This document shows, piece after piece, positions 36,711 through 50,769 of a stretch of 64,000 nt of DNA; positions within the stretch are counted from its first letter, which is position 1; every line of letters begins with the position of its first letter. Source of the stretch: Eledone cirrhosa (Eukaryota); contig OZ024745.1 of the NCBI GenBank assembly GCA_964016885.1, forward strand, positions 79,360,001 through 79,424,000, written 5' to 3'. The position numbers and the translations under genes are program-made. The notes under the pieces were generated by a model that saw only the letters and a list, made by a program, of their open reading frames with translations, searched no databases and was not told the DNA's origin.

Positions 36711-39199
36711 TCCCCCAGCAATTATACAAGACCACAAGTATGATGTCACTAGTTAGTCCCCAATTTTTGCATCTGATTCTTTTTTCTTTTTTTTCATTAC
36801 TTATAAGTACAAAAAACAGTTAAAATAAAGACATGTGCTTTGTTATGGTCTTCACAAAATGATTTCTTCATTTGTTGAATGAACCAACACCAACCTCCAT
36901 AAACTTTGACTGTTGCAACCATTTAAATAATTTTAGGCAACTGGGACAAGTGTTGAATGATCAGGAGACCTGCCTGGTAAAACCATTTTTTGTTGAACAA
37001 ACCAACATGAACCTCCATAATTCTTGACTGCCGCAACATATTGGTTAATAATGCTGCCACTGTATCATCCACACTACTAAATCATCTTAAGATTTGCTGA
37101 AACAACCAACATCTCACCTTCAGGATTTACCTCAGGTTTCATATACAAAATAAACAACTAGAAGATATTCAAACTTAATGACTCTATCTGTTAACCAGAC
37201 ACTACGCTCTCTAACAAGTGTCCAGCCGAGATAACCCTTTTCCCATTCAAGAGAGATAAATCTCTCCCTTATAATGAACTGTTTTATTAAAAAAAAAATT
37301 CTATCTTGCTTTCAAAAGATTAATATATTTGGCACAGTTATTTTGTTTTATTTATATTTGATTACACATTGCTCTAGTTTGGGGCTTTGATTTTATCAAT
37401 ATTATAAAAAGGATTTTGTTAACATGGCAATTATGATTATGATAGTGTGACCATCGTTGCCTCACGAGTGAGTGTAAGTATAAATGAGTGGAGCAGGTGA
37501 AATGATTCTGAAGAATTGGATAAGAAACATTTATTTTCTTCATACAGGATCTATTATCAATGATGCCTAAAAGAGTATGAAATGAAATGAAAGGAGATTG
37601 ATCATGTGTTGCTGAGAAAACTTAGTTATTGTTTGGTTGAAGTTATTTGGGGGTAAATTGAGTTACATTCAAGAAGACGTAGTTAGCACATTGCAAACGT
37701 TCTTGGCAAAATTTAATTCCTTACCCATTATTTATGTTTTGATGCTTAGACTGACAAGAGCAAACAGAAAACGAATGCATCTGTTGGCCTAAAATAGAAT
37801 TATTTATTCCATCAAATATTGAATTTGAAACTATTTACAAATCTTGCATGAGTTGTGATGGCATATGTTGAGAGCCATGTAAACATGAAAGAGAGAGAGA
37901 GATGCTAAAGATGTGAGAGAGTAAGAGAACACAAATTGGCAGGTGATTGTGCTTCATTGGCCAAATGGCCACGGCAAGATTAAGAGTCTAATATCATGTG
38001 TGTGTGTACACACATATGTGTGTGTACACACATATTTGTGTGTAAAACTAAATGACTATATATATATATCTGCAAGTAAATTATCAAGAAAACAATATGC
38101 CAAACCAAAATACCTTGTGGTATTTATTCTACCTGAGATGCACAGACACTTCCTTACCCATCTCATCATTGGAAACCTATAAGTCATGACACAGTTATAC
38201 ACAAAAAAAACAAAAAAACAACAACAATAACATCACACATGATATCTATCCATCTATCATCATCCAGATGGAATTGAAGTCAGTATTATAAACTAATAAT
38301 ACACACATTGATTACACAGATGGTTCCAATAACCTGTATTCCCATCCGTATCATAGATATTTATTGTAGATGAACTTATGTGTCTTTTGGGTGGAGTTAT
38401 GAAATATAATAGAGAGGGAGAGAAAGATAGGTAGATATTTGATGGATAGATAGACAGACAAAGAGAGAGAAAGGGAGGTAAGTAGGTAGGCGGATTTAGA
38501 TAAATCCCATAAAATATTGATTATAAATAGCTTCTACTTATTAATTACCTATGTAGATCATCACTAGTTTTCTTGGATTCTATTGTTTACTTTAAAATCT
38601 GGTGCCCATAAGTGATGCCAAATGAAAGAATTCTACTCCCAGCAACTTATCTGAAAATATAGCAATGTCAAATTATTGGTATTAATAGTAGTTTTGAAGT
38701 TCAAAATAAAATATGCTTGAAAAATAACAATATTGGAATCACTATACTTTACTCTTAAACTGCACTATCCCACTAAACTTATGCCATATCCAATTATGCC
38801 TCAACACTATGCTCTCTTTATGGTCTTTACTAATTATAGTTTTTGATAGTCATACATCTTTCCTAATAATGATTTTTGATTGTTGTGTGTAGCCCAGTTT
38901 TTAGAATAGGTACATTGTATCCTTGCATGTTGTAAGAAGCGACAAAAAGGGTTGGTATCAGGAAAAGCATCCGGTTGTAAAACATTATCTCAAAACAATC
39001 TGTCCAACTGATGCCAGTATGGAAAAGTGGACATATAAATGATGGTGATGATATATATTTCGTTTTTACAGCTTTTCTAATTTGTCTTCAATTTTAAGCT
39101 TATTAGTTCTAACCTTAGCTTCTATGCTAATATTGTTGTTATAAGTTATTAGGTTTGCTCCCATATAATTTTGGACTACAGGTGAGCATAACCTCATTG

Positions 39200-42100
39200 A
39201 GGTTTGCCCTGTCTGTCTATGATGTAATAAATAAGATGCCAGTGTTTGGATCTAGGATGCATGCATGATGTCTTACATTTGTTCTTTTGCTTAAACAGGG
39301 TGTTGATGATTAGGTCACACTCTGCACACAGAGAAAGAAACCTGATTCCATTATTGTTAGTTTTCCACCTTCACCAGGTTCCCTATCACTTGTTCCCAGG
39401 TTTTCTGGTTCCTCTCTACTCTTGCATTAAATTTAAACAAGGAGATCCCTCTCTAATTGGAACAATCTCTCCTTTTGAAAATTGGGATTATCACTCCTGA
39501 TTGCCATTGCTTAGGTGCATTTCCAGAGATCCAGAGATCCAGGCTGCCTGGCTCACAAAAGTCAGCCAGAGAATACTTTCTCTATTTAAGGTTTTTAACA
39601 TCTTGGGCTGGATTTCATCTTCCCCAGTGGCCTTGCCACATTTGAGCTCTTTAACAGCTTGTAGCTGGAGGCATTTGGACTTACCTTGCGTCTCTCTGGT
39701 CCACGTGGGGTACTTTCTGGTTGCGTCTGTCTTCACACGTCCGTCACCTCGCAGGGCATATAGCTAAGAGGCCTCTGTTGACTGCCTGGTCCCTCGAGTC
39801 ACCCCTGTCCTCCTGCTTCCGGTCAGGCGTCCCCCAACTTCTGGCAATGCCCCCCCCCCCCCACTGATCTCAAGGATCAATCCCTTCCCCCATCACACTG
39901 CTCAATCTCAAAATCCGCCAAAACCTCGGTGGCGGCGGCTCTGTTGCGATCTCCGCACTGTTGGGGCGGCTCTTTCATTTTCCTCTTCCTCGGAGTCCGT
40001 CACCACAACGACTCTACGGACGTCCAAGACACGTTGTTTTGGGAATTTACGTTGGTTACCATTCCCTTTCCCCATTGAGATGTGCAACGTGCGTTCGGGG
40101 GCTTGACCCATACCTCTTCGCCCACTTGTACGAATGCGCTCTCTCTCCACCGGCTGCTGTGGTACCGTGCACGGGTGTCGCCATTCATATCTATATATTG
40201 CCCGGTGCGGCACCGACTCCTCGGTCTGTCCACCTGCGGAGACGTGTTGTAACAGAACACTGCCTCCATTGGCGAAATGTGTCTCCTTTCCGTCATGGCC
40301 TTGATCGTGAGATGATGTCTTTCCACGATTCCATTTCCACTCAGCCTGTATGCCGCTCTGAAGAAGCGGTTCACCTTCCACTTGTCAAGCATTTCCCTCA
40401 GCACCTCCGAGCGAAATGCCGTGCTATTGTCCATCAGCAGTTCATCCACAGGGCCCCGTTCCAAGTATATCTCTCTTAGCGTCCGCACGATTTCCTCCGC
40501 AGTCCCTGTCCACAATCGACCATTGAAAGAAAAAGGTGAACTAAAGGGCTGCCGTGCCGGGAGTAAGAATGCCGAAAGATGGGAAATTTCATTAAACGCT
40601 GAAATATCTTGTAGCCGGAGGCATTCGGAATTACCTTGCGTCTCTCTGGTCCACGTGGGGTACTTTCCGCTCACGTCTGTCTTCACACGTCCGCCACCTC
40701 GTAGGGCGTATAGCTAAGAGGCCTCTGTTGACTGCCTGGTCGCTCGAGTCACCCCTCGTCCTCCTGCTTCCGGCCAGGCGTCCCCCAACTTCCGGCAATG
40801 CCACTCCCACGGCAGCTATACACACCCCCTCTATCTTGCGGCAGCTCTACACCCCCCTCTTTCGCAGCAGCCCCACACAGCTCTTGTGACTTCAGCTTCT
40901 GAGAGATTAGTCACTGCTCCCACATGCACCTTGTGTACATCACAAGATGCTGTTGTGATTGGGTTTAGGAGATCAGCAAAGTACTCTCTCTGAAGAGAGA
41001 ACCCCAGACAAATTCCTGATAGGTATGGAGGTGGACGTCTTATTACGAAGTTGGCAGTTGGTCTGCCAGAACACTTTATTTGCTGATCTGAAGTGATTTC
41101 AGCTTAACCTTAAAGTCCTCCCACATCTTAACTTTGGATGCCTTTACTGTCTCTACAGTGATTTTTTGTGCCTGCTTGTACTGGAAATGCAAGAAGGAGG
41201 ACTTATTTCCAAACCAAGCTTTGGAGGCCTTTTTCTTTGCTTGGATAGTATCTTTGACCTCTTCATTGAACCATGGGGTCCTCTTGCTATCTGGTGCCAC
41301 AGCATTTAACAGCTGAAACAAATTGTTGAGCTGAACAATCTCCATTCTGTCTCAATGTCTCAGTTTGCTCAGTGAATTCTCTGAATTTGGATGCAATAGT
41401 ATTTGCATAACTGATCCTGACTTCCTTATCCATCAACACTTTTCACTTTATCCTGCAGGTTGCCCTGGACCTGCCAGTTTTGAGGGCTTCTGTGGATTTA
41501 GGTAGTCTCAAGCTGCTGATAAGTAGATGGTGATCAGTCGACAGCTCAACCCCTCTCTTAAAACGAACATCCAGTACAGAATCAAAGAGATCAGAAATAA
41601 TAACAAAATCAATTATTGATCTCTGGCCCTGATTCCCCTTATACCATATATATTTATGGATGTCTCTGTGCTGGAAGATGTTCATAACAGAGAGTCCATT
41701 GCTAGAAAAGAATGCTAATAAGGCCTCTCCATTCGTATTTAGATCAGGGTCGCTGTTCCTTCAAATCACCTTTTTCCATGTCAGGTGGTCAGTGCCAACA
41801 TGTGCATTGAAGTCTCCCATCAGGATATATGACTCGGTCTTTATATCTAACACTGCATTGACTTCATCAAAGAAGAATCTGTATTTGGACTCTTTGTTTG
41901 GTGCATAAACTTGCAGCACCCACAGAGATCTATTTTGCAGCCTAAGCTTCAAGAGGCAAATCCTCCCTCCTAACGGAATCCAGTCCATAACAAATTCTGA
42001 CAGCCCGGGGTTTGTGAGTATACCCACTCCCACCTGTGCAGTAATTTCTGGCATCAGACCTGAATAGTGGAGTTTCCATCCTCCATTCATAGAGCCATGG

Positions 42101-42300
42101 AACTTTGTTGAGGAAAACCCGACTATATATAGCTGGTAACATCTAGCCTCCTCCACTAGTTCCTGCTTCTTACCTGTAAGGGTTATGATGTTCCAGGTTC
42201 GAATTGTCAAGGTTTTCTCCCTTCCAAACCCACTTTGAAGTCTCAGAATACACAATCTTTGTGTGTCCATCACACGCCTCCCAGGACAGGTCGCAGGCCC
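39200..42300 (-). mobile_element. RTE (Rex3/Expander-like) LINE, APE endonuclease to RT start, interrupted by an LTR element
   Basis: TWNI..L, GVGIL, QVYAPN, MGDFNAHVG, SIIDF, LSTDHHL, TPWFNEEV, KATGEDEI. Confidence 0.85.
39660..40877 (-). mobile_element. Internally deleted gypsy LTR element (integrase remnant) with 5-bp TSD CAGCT
   Basis: LTRs start TGTAGC at 39660 and 40610; ...CCACA end at 40877; CAGCT at 39655-39659 and 40878-40882; integrase LSMVDCG...ELLMDN...NGIVER; PPT-like CCCTTCCCCC at ~39881. Confidence 0.88.
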
Positions 42301-42619
42301 ATCGTCAGTTTTTGTGCAACATGAAATGAAGACTGCAATACATTTTTCGAACAGGCCTGAATATGTCCATTGTTAACCGGCTCGAAGAACGATCCGGTAT
42401 GGTTCTTTTTCATTCCTCTCACAGATGGCCGTATCGTTATCCACCATTTACAACCCTTTCTGTAGCAGAACAGCTCTGCCGAGAATCATTGCCATGTATT
42501 TTTTTAATTCTGTGTATACATATTCGGTTCGTTGAAAGTGTACAAAGTTTTGATCATGAACATGAGCGTAAACATCACCTACAACTTGATTGTAGATTTC
42601 CTATCATTCACTTTCATTT

Positions 42620-42835
42620 TCTTATCTATTTCCTTTCGGCCAACTACATTTTCCAGTCTGTAGTGTTCGAGATGTTTGGGGGAGTCGGGCTACTGACTGC
42701 TAGATTCCTATCTTCACTGGCAGCTCGCCTAACAGAGATAATTGGTGAATCTCGCGAGGGCGCTTGGTTGTTCCAGCACATCAGCCTCGCCATCATCTGA
42801 GGTAACGCTGCGAGCGTGCTGGCTTGCCTCGAAAA
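42620..42835 (+). mobile_element. CRE-like non-LTR element, restriction-like endonuclease C-terminal fragment
   Basis: YIFQSVVFEMFGG...FLSSLAARL..IIGESRE.AWLFQHISLAII*GNAASVL matches the LxQRIS.AIQRGNA C-terminus. Confidence 0.65.
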
Positions 42836-43081
42836 TCATTAGAGAGGTTTCCCAGTGCTCCTCGCGATACTGTTATCTTTTACTCTGGTAGTGGCTCGCT
42901 TGTCCATCCTTTTCGCCTGCCCTTTGTTATATGTGGTCCCAGATGTGTGTGTGAATTTTTGTTGTTGTTGTTATTTTTCTTTTCTTTTCTTTTTTACTTT
43001 CTCATTTCCCTCTCCCTTTCCTCTATATTATATTTGTTTGTGCTTTCGTTCTGTAAGCATTGTATTATTATATCTCTTTCT

Positions 43082-43264
43082 GTGGATTGGCAGTATCGGT
43101 AGAGGGTCAGACGCCATGCTTTGCAGCAAAGAGTTACAGCCCTTTATGGTCTGAGTTCAAATCCCCCCGAGGTTGACTTTGCCTTTCATCCTTACGGGGT
43201 CGATAAAATAAAGTACCAGTAATACACTGGGATAATTGCTGGCCTTGTGCCTAAAGTAAAAATA
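43082..43264 (+). mobile_element. tRNA-derived SINE with 18-bp TSD
   Basis: TSD ATTATTATATCTCTTTCT at 43064-43081 and 43265-43282; B box GAGTTCAAATCC. Confidence 0.88.
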
Positions 43265-44691
43265 ATTATTATATCTCTTTCTATACAACAGTGAATAAAA
43301 TTTTGTCACAAAGACTTGTTATAAGATATGGGCTGATATCCTCTCAAATTGGCCAGCAGCAATATTCAACCGTATCAGTGAAAATTTAAAATTACTATCA
43401 ATTCTAGACTAAAAAAAAAAGAAGAGAAATAAATACACAAAACTAAAGAAGACAAATAATCTACTGCACTGGTGCTTCATTTCCCCAAAATATATTCGTC
43501 TCTACTGGTCTAAACGTAAATTCAGAATCAACCTCAACGGTCGTCAGATGGGACGCTGTCGTCGAAAAAGATACTAATTTTATTGATTTTAGGAATCGAA
43601 AAAAAAAAAAATAGCTCTATGCAATTCACAAGAATAATACGCATTTAAATCAATGTGCTAAAGGGAGATAATTCTAATCATTACTATACGTGACGACTGC
43701 AAATTATTATTCAGTTTCTATTCCATACACATGAACAGACGCTGAATGACAATCTCAGTTGAATTGTTACAGAAAATGCTATCGTGTCCCGGGATAACAT
43801 TTATTTTTCACTAGCCCGTAAACAGATGGAGGAAAAGATGAAATGATGAACAGCTCTCTTAACAGTTAACTGTGTTTCTTTAATTTTGAAATATATAATT
43901 ATGTTAACCATTCTTCAGTTTGTTACATCTCTATCTGGAATTATGAAAGAAATAATCCCCGCCCATTTAACATTTCTTTTTCTTATAGCGGGTGTGTGAC
44001 GTTAAAACAGCATTTCAGTCTATTCGTTTTCATTCATGTATACAGCTTTGCTCTATTGAACAGCATTCGCTTTCTCATTCCATGGAAGTGTAAGTAATAA
44101 ATTTATTTTATGATATTTATGACTGTTGTTGTTGTTCTTAGAATGTTATATTCTTCGGGTCTATGCCGTGTTTATCGTTTGGTGTACATCGGAAATTGAA
44201 ACACACACTCATACATCTATCCATAAACGTACAACAACACATGCATATAAACATAGGAGATCCATCGTCATAGGTATGGGTGATGTAAACACTGACTTCC
44301 ATAGTTTCTGGCTCTATACGTCCTTCTTTGTGGTCGCTAAACAGGCCACATACAATATATATTTCGAAAATATATTATCGGAGTATTGAGTTAATTGAAA
44401 TTCTTAGAAAATGTAGAAATCTCAAACGCAGAAAATAACTATATACAGTCAATTGGTGTAAATAATAGCTTAGAAAATCGGGTAAAAACCCCTATAGATG
44501 GAAAAAAAATGGTCAGCAGCTGCTACAGAGAATCGAGCTTAGTATCCCTTAAATTCCTGGTGAGCGATCTGTACAATTCAGCTAAACGATCAGCCTCTTT
44601 TTTTCCCGTTTATAGGGGTTTTTACTTGATTTTCTAAGCTATTATTTATAGCTATCAACTGAGATTTCTGCCTTATCTAAGAACATGTATG

Positions 44692-44738
<47 letters not shown>

Positions 44739-45270
44739 TCCCGTAACTCTTGAGGGAGTCGCAGGGTCGCCGTATTGACATACGGCGTTTCTAGAGAGTA
44801 TTTTTAAACCTGGCAACCTGGCAGAGCCCATCCCTCTACAAGTCTGAATACAGCAAATTTCTTCCGGTGAAAGAGAGAGAGAGAGAGATATAGAGGAAGT
44901 ATCAACTCCAGTGCTAGACTGATACTTGTTTTATCGACCTCAGATGGATGAAAAGCAAAGTTGACCTCGGTGGCATTTGAACTATTTCAAGCGTTAAACT
45001 AATATATTCCTTCCATATACTGTGCCCTTTGTTTTGTTATTTCTGTTTACCATTTACACACACATACATATATGTGTGTGTGTGTGTGTGTGTGTGTTCA
45101 GCAATTTCACTATGCCTACAAACATGTATGTCTCTTCTTAATTTTGATTTTTTTTTTACTGGCAACCTTCCCACCTGCAAGGTTCTAAAGAAAAGGAAAT
45201 CTGTATCGTCTCTTGTGTTACATTTTTCTCCGAGAATCCCAGTTCTGTCATACTTTGGTCCAGGCGGGTT

Positions 45271-45309
<39 letters not shown>

Positions 45310-45634
45310 TGTAGCTCCAATAATAATAGGTGTGAAACTGAACGTGTATTTTGGGGTATTGGATCTGCAAACTCTTCATCAATGGTCTGTAGATATCATC
45401 CTTCTCTTGTATATTTCATACTACATTGACATCTTGTGGGCAGCTAATTCTTTAACAGTGCATGTTTTTATTCTGTGGCCCCAAACAACAATATCAAACA
45501 GGTTGTCTTTTAATTTGGTGGTATTTTTATTTAGCGTTACATGCTAAACTCTACAATCTCTTTGTTGCTGGGAGCAGGACAATCTATCACAAGGTCTCTC
45601 TAAAAGTCTCTCTAAAAGTCAGGCTGCTTAAATT

Positions 45635-45960
45635 ATCGGGGGATTACTCTGTTCTCTATCATGGAAAAATCGTCAAGGATTCTGCTGAACAGACTGGTAC
45701 ACTACATTGCTGAAGAATACCTCTCAGAGAGCCAGTACGGCTTCAAAGCCAACAGGAACAATACATACATGGTGTTTGTTCTCAGGCAGCTCCATGAGAA
45801 GTGCCAGGAGCAAAACAAAGGGCTGTATGTAGCGTTCGTTGACCTGATTAAAGTGAGCAGAAAAGGAATGTAGATCATAGAATCACTCAGCTGTCCCCCA
45901 AAGTTCCCGAACAAGGTCATCCTAAACCATCATGGCCTGGTAAGACTTGGCAGTGACCTC
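45635..45960 (+). mobile_element. RTE (BovB-like) RT fragment
   Basis: RILLNRL..IAEEYLSESQYGF...LRQLHEKCQEQNKGLYVAFVDL. Confidence 0.8.
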
Positions 45961-46397
45961 CAAATATATCCTCATCATCATTTATTTAATGTTATGGTGT
46001 ATGGTAGATAGAGGAAGTATGTTATGGGTGTATGACAAGTGTGGTGGAATTTGACAAGGTGGTGAGTGGGAGGAGGTGATTTCCAATAGAGTAGGGGTTA
46101 CTGTGCTACTAAAGAATTATGAACGGAGTGTTAGGATTTAAGAGGGATTGAAATGATCCTGGATAGAGTTCGTGGTGGGTGAAGGTTGTACATACATACC
46201 AACACAAGAGCTAATTATATGCAAATTAGTATACCCATTTCAGATACATGTCTCCTTTGATTGTTTGGGTTATATACACACCTGATGAGGGTCCAATTAG
46301 ATCTGAATATCAATTCAAGGTGTTTATCATTTTTACAATTTATAGGGAAATTGTATTTTCTGGCATATTTACATGCTTATGTATATATATATGTGTG

Positions 46398-47334
46398 AGA
46401 TAAAAAGGACAGATCCTGAACATTATAGATCTTGCCTGCAATCTGACCTGGACACAATGCAACAATGGATCACGGACTGGCAACTCAAGCTGACTCTGGA
46501 CAAGTGTACCACCATGCATTTTGGGAGTAAAAACCTAGCATCCACATACTCCCTCCACAACATTAATATCAAGAATTCTTCTTGTGAACGTGACCTGGGC
46601 ATTACTGTCAGCAGCGATTTGCGTTGGACGAAGCATGTCTCTAAAATTCTCAAGAAGGCCGAGGGTGTCTTAGCATCACTCAGCAAGACCTTTGTCAGCC
46701 GCTCTCCAGCTATTTATTTAAAGTTGTATATAGCTATGGTGCGGCCACACTTAGAATTTGCATCACCAGTCTGGAACCCCTATCTTGCTCAGGACATTGA
46801 CCGCCTGGAAACTGTTCAGAGACGTGCAACCAAGCGAATACCCTCCATCAGTCATCTACCATACTCTGAACGCCTTGCTTCCCTGGGCATGGATACATTG
46901 AAGCTCCGACGTCTGGAAACTGACTTGGTGAACACCCACAAAATTATTAACCATCTTGCCAACAACAACCCTGAGTACCTTTTTGATTTCCATGTGTCTA
47001 ACAGTCGTGGGCATGCCAACAAAGTCAGAAAACAGCACAGCTCCCATGACTTTTGGAAACATCTTTTCACACTCAAAGTTGCTGAAGCATGGAACAAACT
47101 ACCTGCATCAGTTGTTAGCTGCCGAGACACTGCATCCTTTAAAACCTCCATGCTTCCTGAGATTTGCCAACACTACACCTAATATTCCCCCTCCATACAC
47201 ATGCATGCATGTATATCAGGACTCATACACTATTCACTTCCCTGACATTTGTATATTATTCTATGTGCTATACATGCACCTTTGATGAGTTGTAGTGCAC
47301 CTGAGCACTGTACACAATAATTTCATTATTATTA
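46398..47334 (+). mobile_element. 5'-truncated CR1-type LINE (open RT C-terminus + 3' UTR, (ATT)n tail)
   Basis: LQSDLD..W..WQL, ERDLGI, VRPHLEFASPVWNPY, LETVQRRATK, WNKLP. Confidence 0.9.
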
Positions 47335-47767
47335 TACACATTGGTGCAGTCTTAGTTACCCACTCTTTATATAAACAGATATAACTATATATATATTACA
47401 TCATCACCACTGTCGTTTTAACGTCTGCTTTTCCTGTTAGCAAGTAACAGACAATAAATTGGAAATGAAAAGTACCTACTTTTTTGTTGTAAATTTTTGT
47501 ATTTTGAATTTTTATAAATCATTAAACTGAAATATTTGTGTAAAATATTTTTGAATGAGTTATTTAGGAATTTTTTTATACCAATCTGTTTGACGCCTCA
47601 TAACAGACAGTCTGCAGTCAACTGTTTGATCACCAATTAATTAGCTTGACAAGGCGAGGCAGTTGTATATGAGTCTCAGGAAAGAAAGAATTTTGCTTAA
47701 TGCTGTAATGAGAATTGTATCTTTCATTCAATTTCATTTTATTGTCTGCTATTATATATATATATAT

Positions 47768-47806
<39 letters not shown>

Positions 47807-49601
47807 TACACATATATATATATATCATCCCCATCATTATCACCATTTAACATTAGTTTTCATTACTAGTAAAGGTTGGACAAGTTTTGACAAGACAAGT
47901 TAGTACTTAATTGGAGCTACAGACTTCTTAGACAGGCCTGAAGCACACATCTTGCTTACATACATTCCCACACTCTACTAAGTGTACTGTGTGCATTTTA
48001 TCATGGAACCAGCCCGAGAAAGCTTGTCATATCTTTAACACAACCCTTTGACTGGATGCCTTTCCTATCAACATCCACTTTACTGAGTGTGCTTGGAACA
48101 TTTATGATGTCACCAACATTATAGAAGTTTTCGTGCCCTTGACACAACTCAAGAACCTATGTTTTTCCAATTATTTCAAAAATAGTCAAACATTTGAAGG
48201 AATTTAGTAATATATTTAACTTTGTCATTAGTACATTGGTGTTTGGAGCATAACTTAACAAAGGTTCTTACATAAAATTTTGATGGAAGATTTTTAGATG
48301 ACTGTAAACACTTTGAAATAACTAGCTTTGTATCATAGAACCAGTGGTGGTTTCAGGCAGTTTAATATCAAAAGGTTTAAATGACTGTATATTAAAAACA
48401 ATTCTTAATTTTTTAAATAGTGACTAAATTATTCGTCACAGTATTGCAACACCCACAATACAAGCATTCAGTTTATTGGGCACCTAGTATCCTAATTTAT
48501 AAATAAATCAACAAGCAACATCCAATCAGAGGGTTCGTTTCATAATACCTGTACCTGACGTGATGATAGAAAGTATGCCTGTGTTTGCATGAATTTTTCC
48601 AATTTCTTTGAATCCAAATCAAAAAGATTTACAAGCACAAATATTTTTTTGAAAAAACAATTATTTTTGTTTTTTAAATCTGGTTCAGGAAACAAAAGTA
48701 AAGGCTCTGAAACATTCAGGAGCTCTACAACAGAGTCAGACTGGCCCTTCAGGCTTTTGGGCAATGCTTGGTAGGCTGATGGCAATTTTGTAATTTTTTA
48801 ACAAGCTGCATAACCAATCTAAAATCTAAGGACATTCTTTACATTTAATCCCTCATTGATATTTAAATCTATTTCTTTTACTTGTAATCTAAGCTGAATC
48901 ATTGTTGTATTTGTTGGTGTTTGAGAGAGAGAGGGAGACACACATGCTGATCTGTCTATCTATCTATCATATATGTATGTGTGTGTGTTGATTTATCTAT
49001 CTATCCATCCATTATACATATATATATAAATGTGAAAGCTCAAATAGAGAATCTTTTAAATGTTTTGCATATTTTCACTGTAACACTAATTGATTCAATT
49101 TGGAGGATCCAAATCATTTTGTTTGATTATATATATCAATATTCATTTGCATTATATTTTTTACCAAGGTGAAAACCAGTGACTAATTGGATGACAAATA
49201 CCTTTTGGATTGACAACAAAATTTCAGGATAAATGAAAACTTGAACTTCTCTGGAAAATTCTACGTATATCGACAGTCCTACAGATACATAGAAATTGCA
49301 GCGTAGCAATCATCTGATTCTGAACTATATAATTTAGTGAAATCCAAGTTTGCAACTTTTATATTCAAGATATTTGGTCATATAATCAAGTTGTCAATGA
49401 CATAAAGATACAAATGTGATTCAATAATTGAGGTAAGAGTATATATATACAGATATATGTGTGTGTGCATGTGTGTGTATGCATATGTGTGTATGTATCT
49501 ACACACAGACCCTTATATAAAATCTTAAACGGGTTTCTACTGGAAATAGTATTGCAATGACAAACTTAAAAACAAATGAATACATATATGTATCTTGATA
49601 T

Positions 49602-49810
49602 CATCATCATACGTCTGCTTTTCCCTGCTTGCAAGGGTGGGACGGGGACTGATTCTGGCTTGATTTCTACAGCTGGATGCCCTTCCTAACACCAACCTCA
49701 TTTACAGTGAGTGCTGGGTGCTTTTTTTGCCGTGGCACCTCCACGACCACTTTACAGTGTGGGCTGGGTGCTTTTTTTTGCCGTGGCACCTCCACAACCA
49801 CTTTGCAGTG
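49602..49810 (-). mobile_element. Short RTE-tail-derived non-autonomous repeat
   Basis: Near-identical to 22779-22897 and 51592-51750 (TTTTCCCTGCTTGCAAGGGTGGGACGGG..CTGGATGCCCTTCCTAACACCAACC). Confidence 0.75.
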
Positions 49811-50153
49811 GAATGATAGGGACCCCAGTCCGTATCATCTCATTTCTACAGCTGAGTAAACTGGAGCAATGTGAAATAAAGTGTCTTGCTCAAGGAAACA
49901 ACACATCACTTGGTCTGAGAATTGAACTCACAACCTTTCGATTGCAAGGCCAATGCTCTAACCACTAAGCCATGTGCCTCCATATATATATATACATTCA
50001 TTTATTTGAAGCTGAGGCTCCACTCCATCTTTTTTGTCATTCTTATTTAATAAATATTGGGAAACTTGAAGTAGTGACAAAATGAAGCCCCAACTTTACT
50101 GCATATATTTTCTTTCTTTTGTATATTAAAGCACATGCCCGTGTTTGTGTGTA

Positions 50154-50769
50154 TCTATATATAAAGTTGTAGTTCCTGTTTGTTTGTTTGTTTGTTCACG
50201 AACTACTCCTGTGGTTTTGGAGATAGACCCCCATAACCATATATATTCTGAAACTACATTGCTCAGGGTACTTGGATAAGTATATTTCATTTTAATTAAA
50301 GGGTTCCCCGGGGGCACAAACCCCCGCTGAAAATTTTTTCCCCTTCGATTTATATGAAATTTAAACCATAGGTACATGACAAGATATGATGCCTATTCAC
50401 AAAGTTTCAGCAAATTTCAATAATATTAAGACATCCTAATGGGGGTTAAACCCCCTATAGGGAAAATTTTGGAAGCCCATAACTTGAGTATTGGAATCTC
50501 TATTTTCACAGGGTTTTTCTATTAATTAAACGTAAATCAACAAAAAAAGCACCTCTCTTTTATAGTAAAATTTGGCTAATTTAAACATTTTATCTATGGC
50601 AAAACATCACTAGAATTATGACAACAAAAATGATTAGTTAATGCCTCTACTTTTTTAACATTTTCCCTTTATTTTTTCTCCATAAATTATATTACTGTTT
50701 TAAAATCAATCATCATTTTCTTCAAAAAAAAATGTGTGAAACACAGCAAGGCGCGGGTAATTCGGCTAG
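50154..50769 (+). mobile_element. Non-autonomous Helitron (second family)
   Basis: A|TCTATATATAAAG 5' end followed by (GTTT)n; 3' GCGCGGGTAATTCGGCTAG|T. Confidence 0.75.

Noticed and set aside
36870-37045. Diverged ~120-bp-period direct repeat (also a 59-bp doublet at 51097-51215)
   Set aside because: Two-copy local duplications with no further structure.
46277-46325. CTGATGA-hairpin hammerhead-like motif
   Set aside because: The second core box is GAAT rather than GAAA and stem III is absent; at best a decayed remnant.
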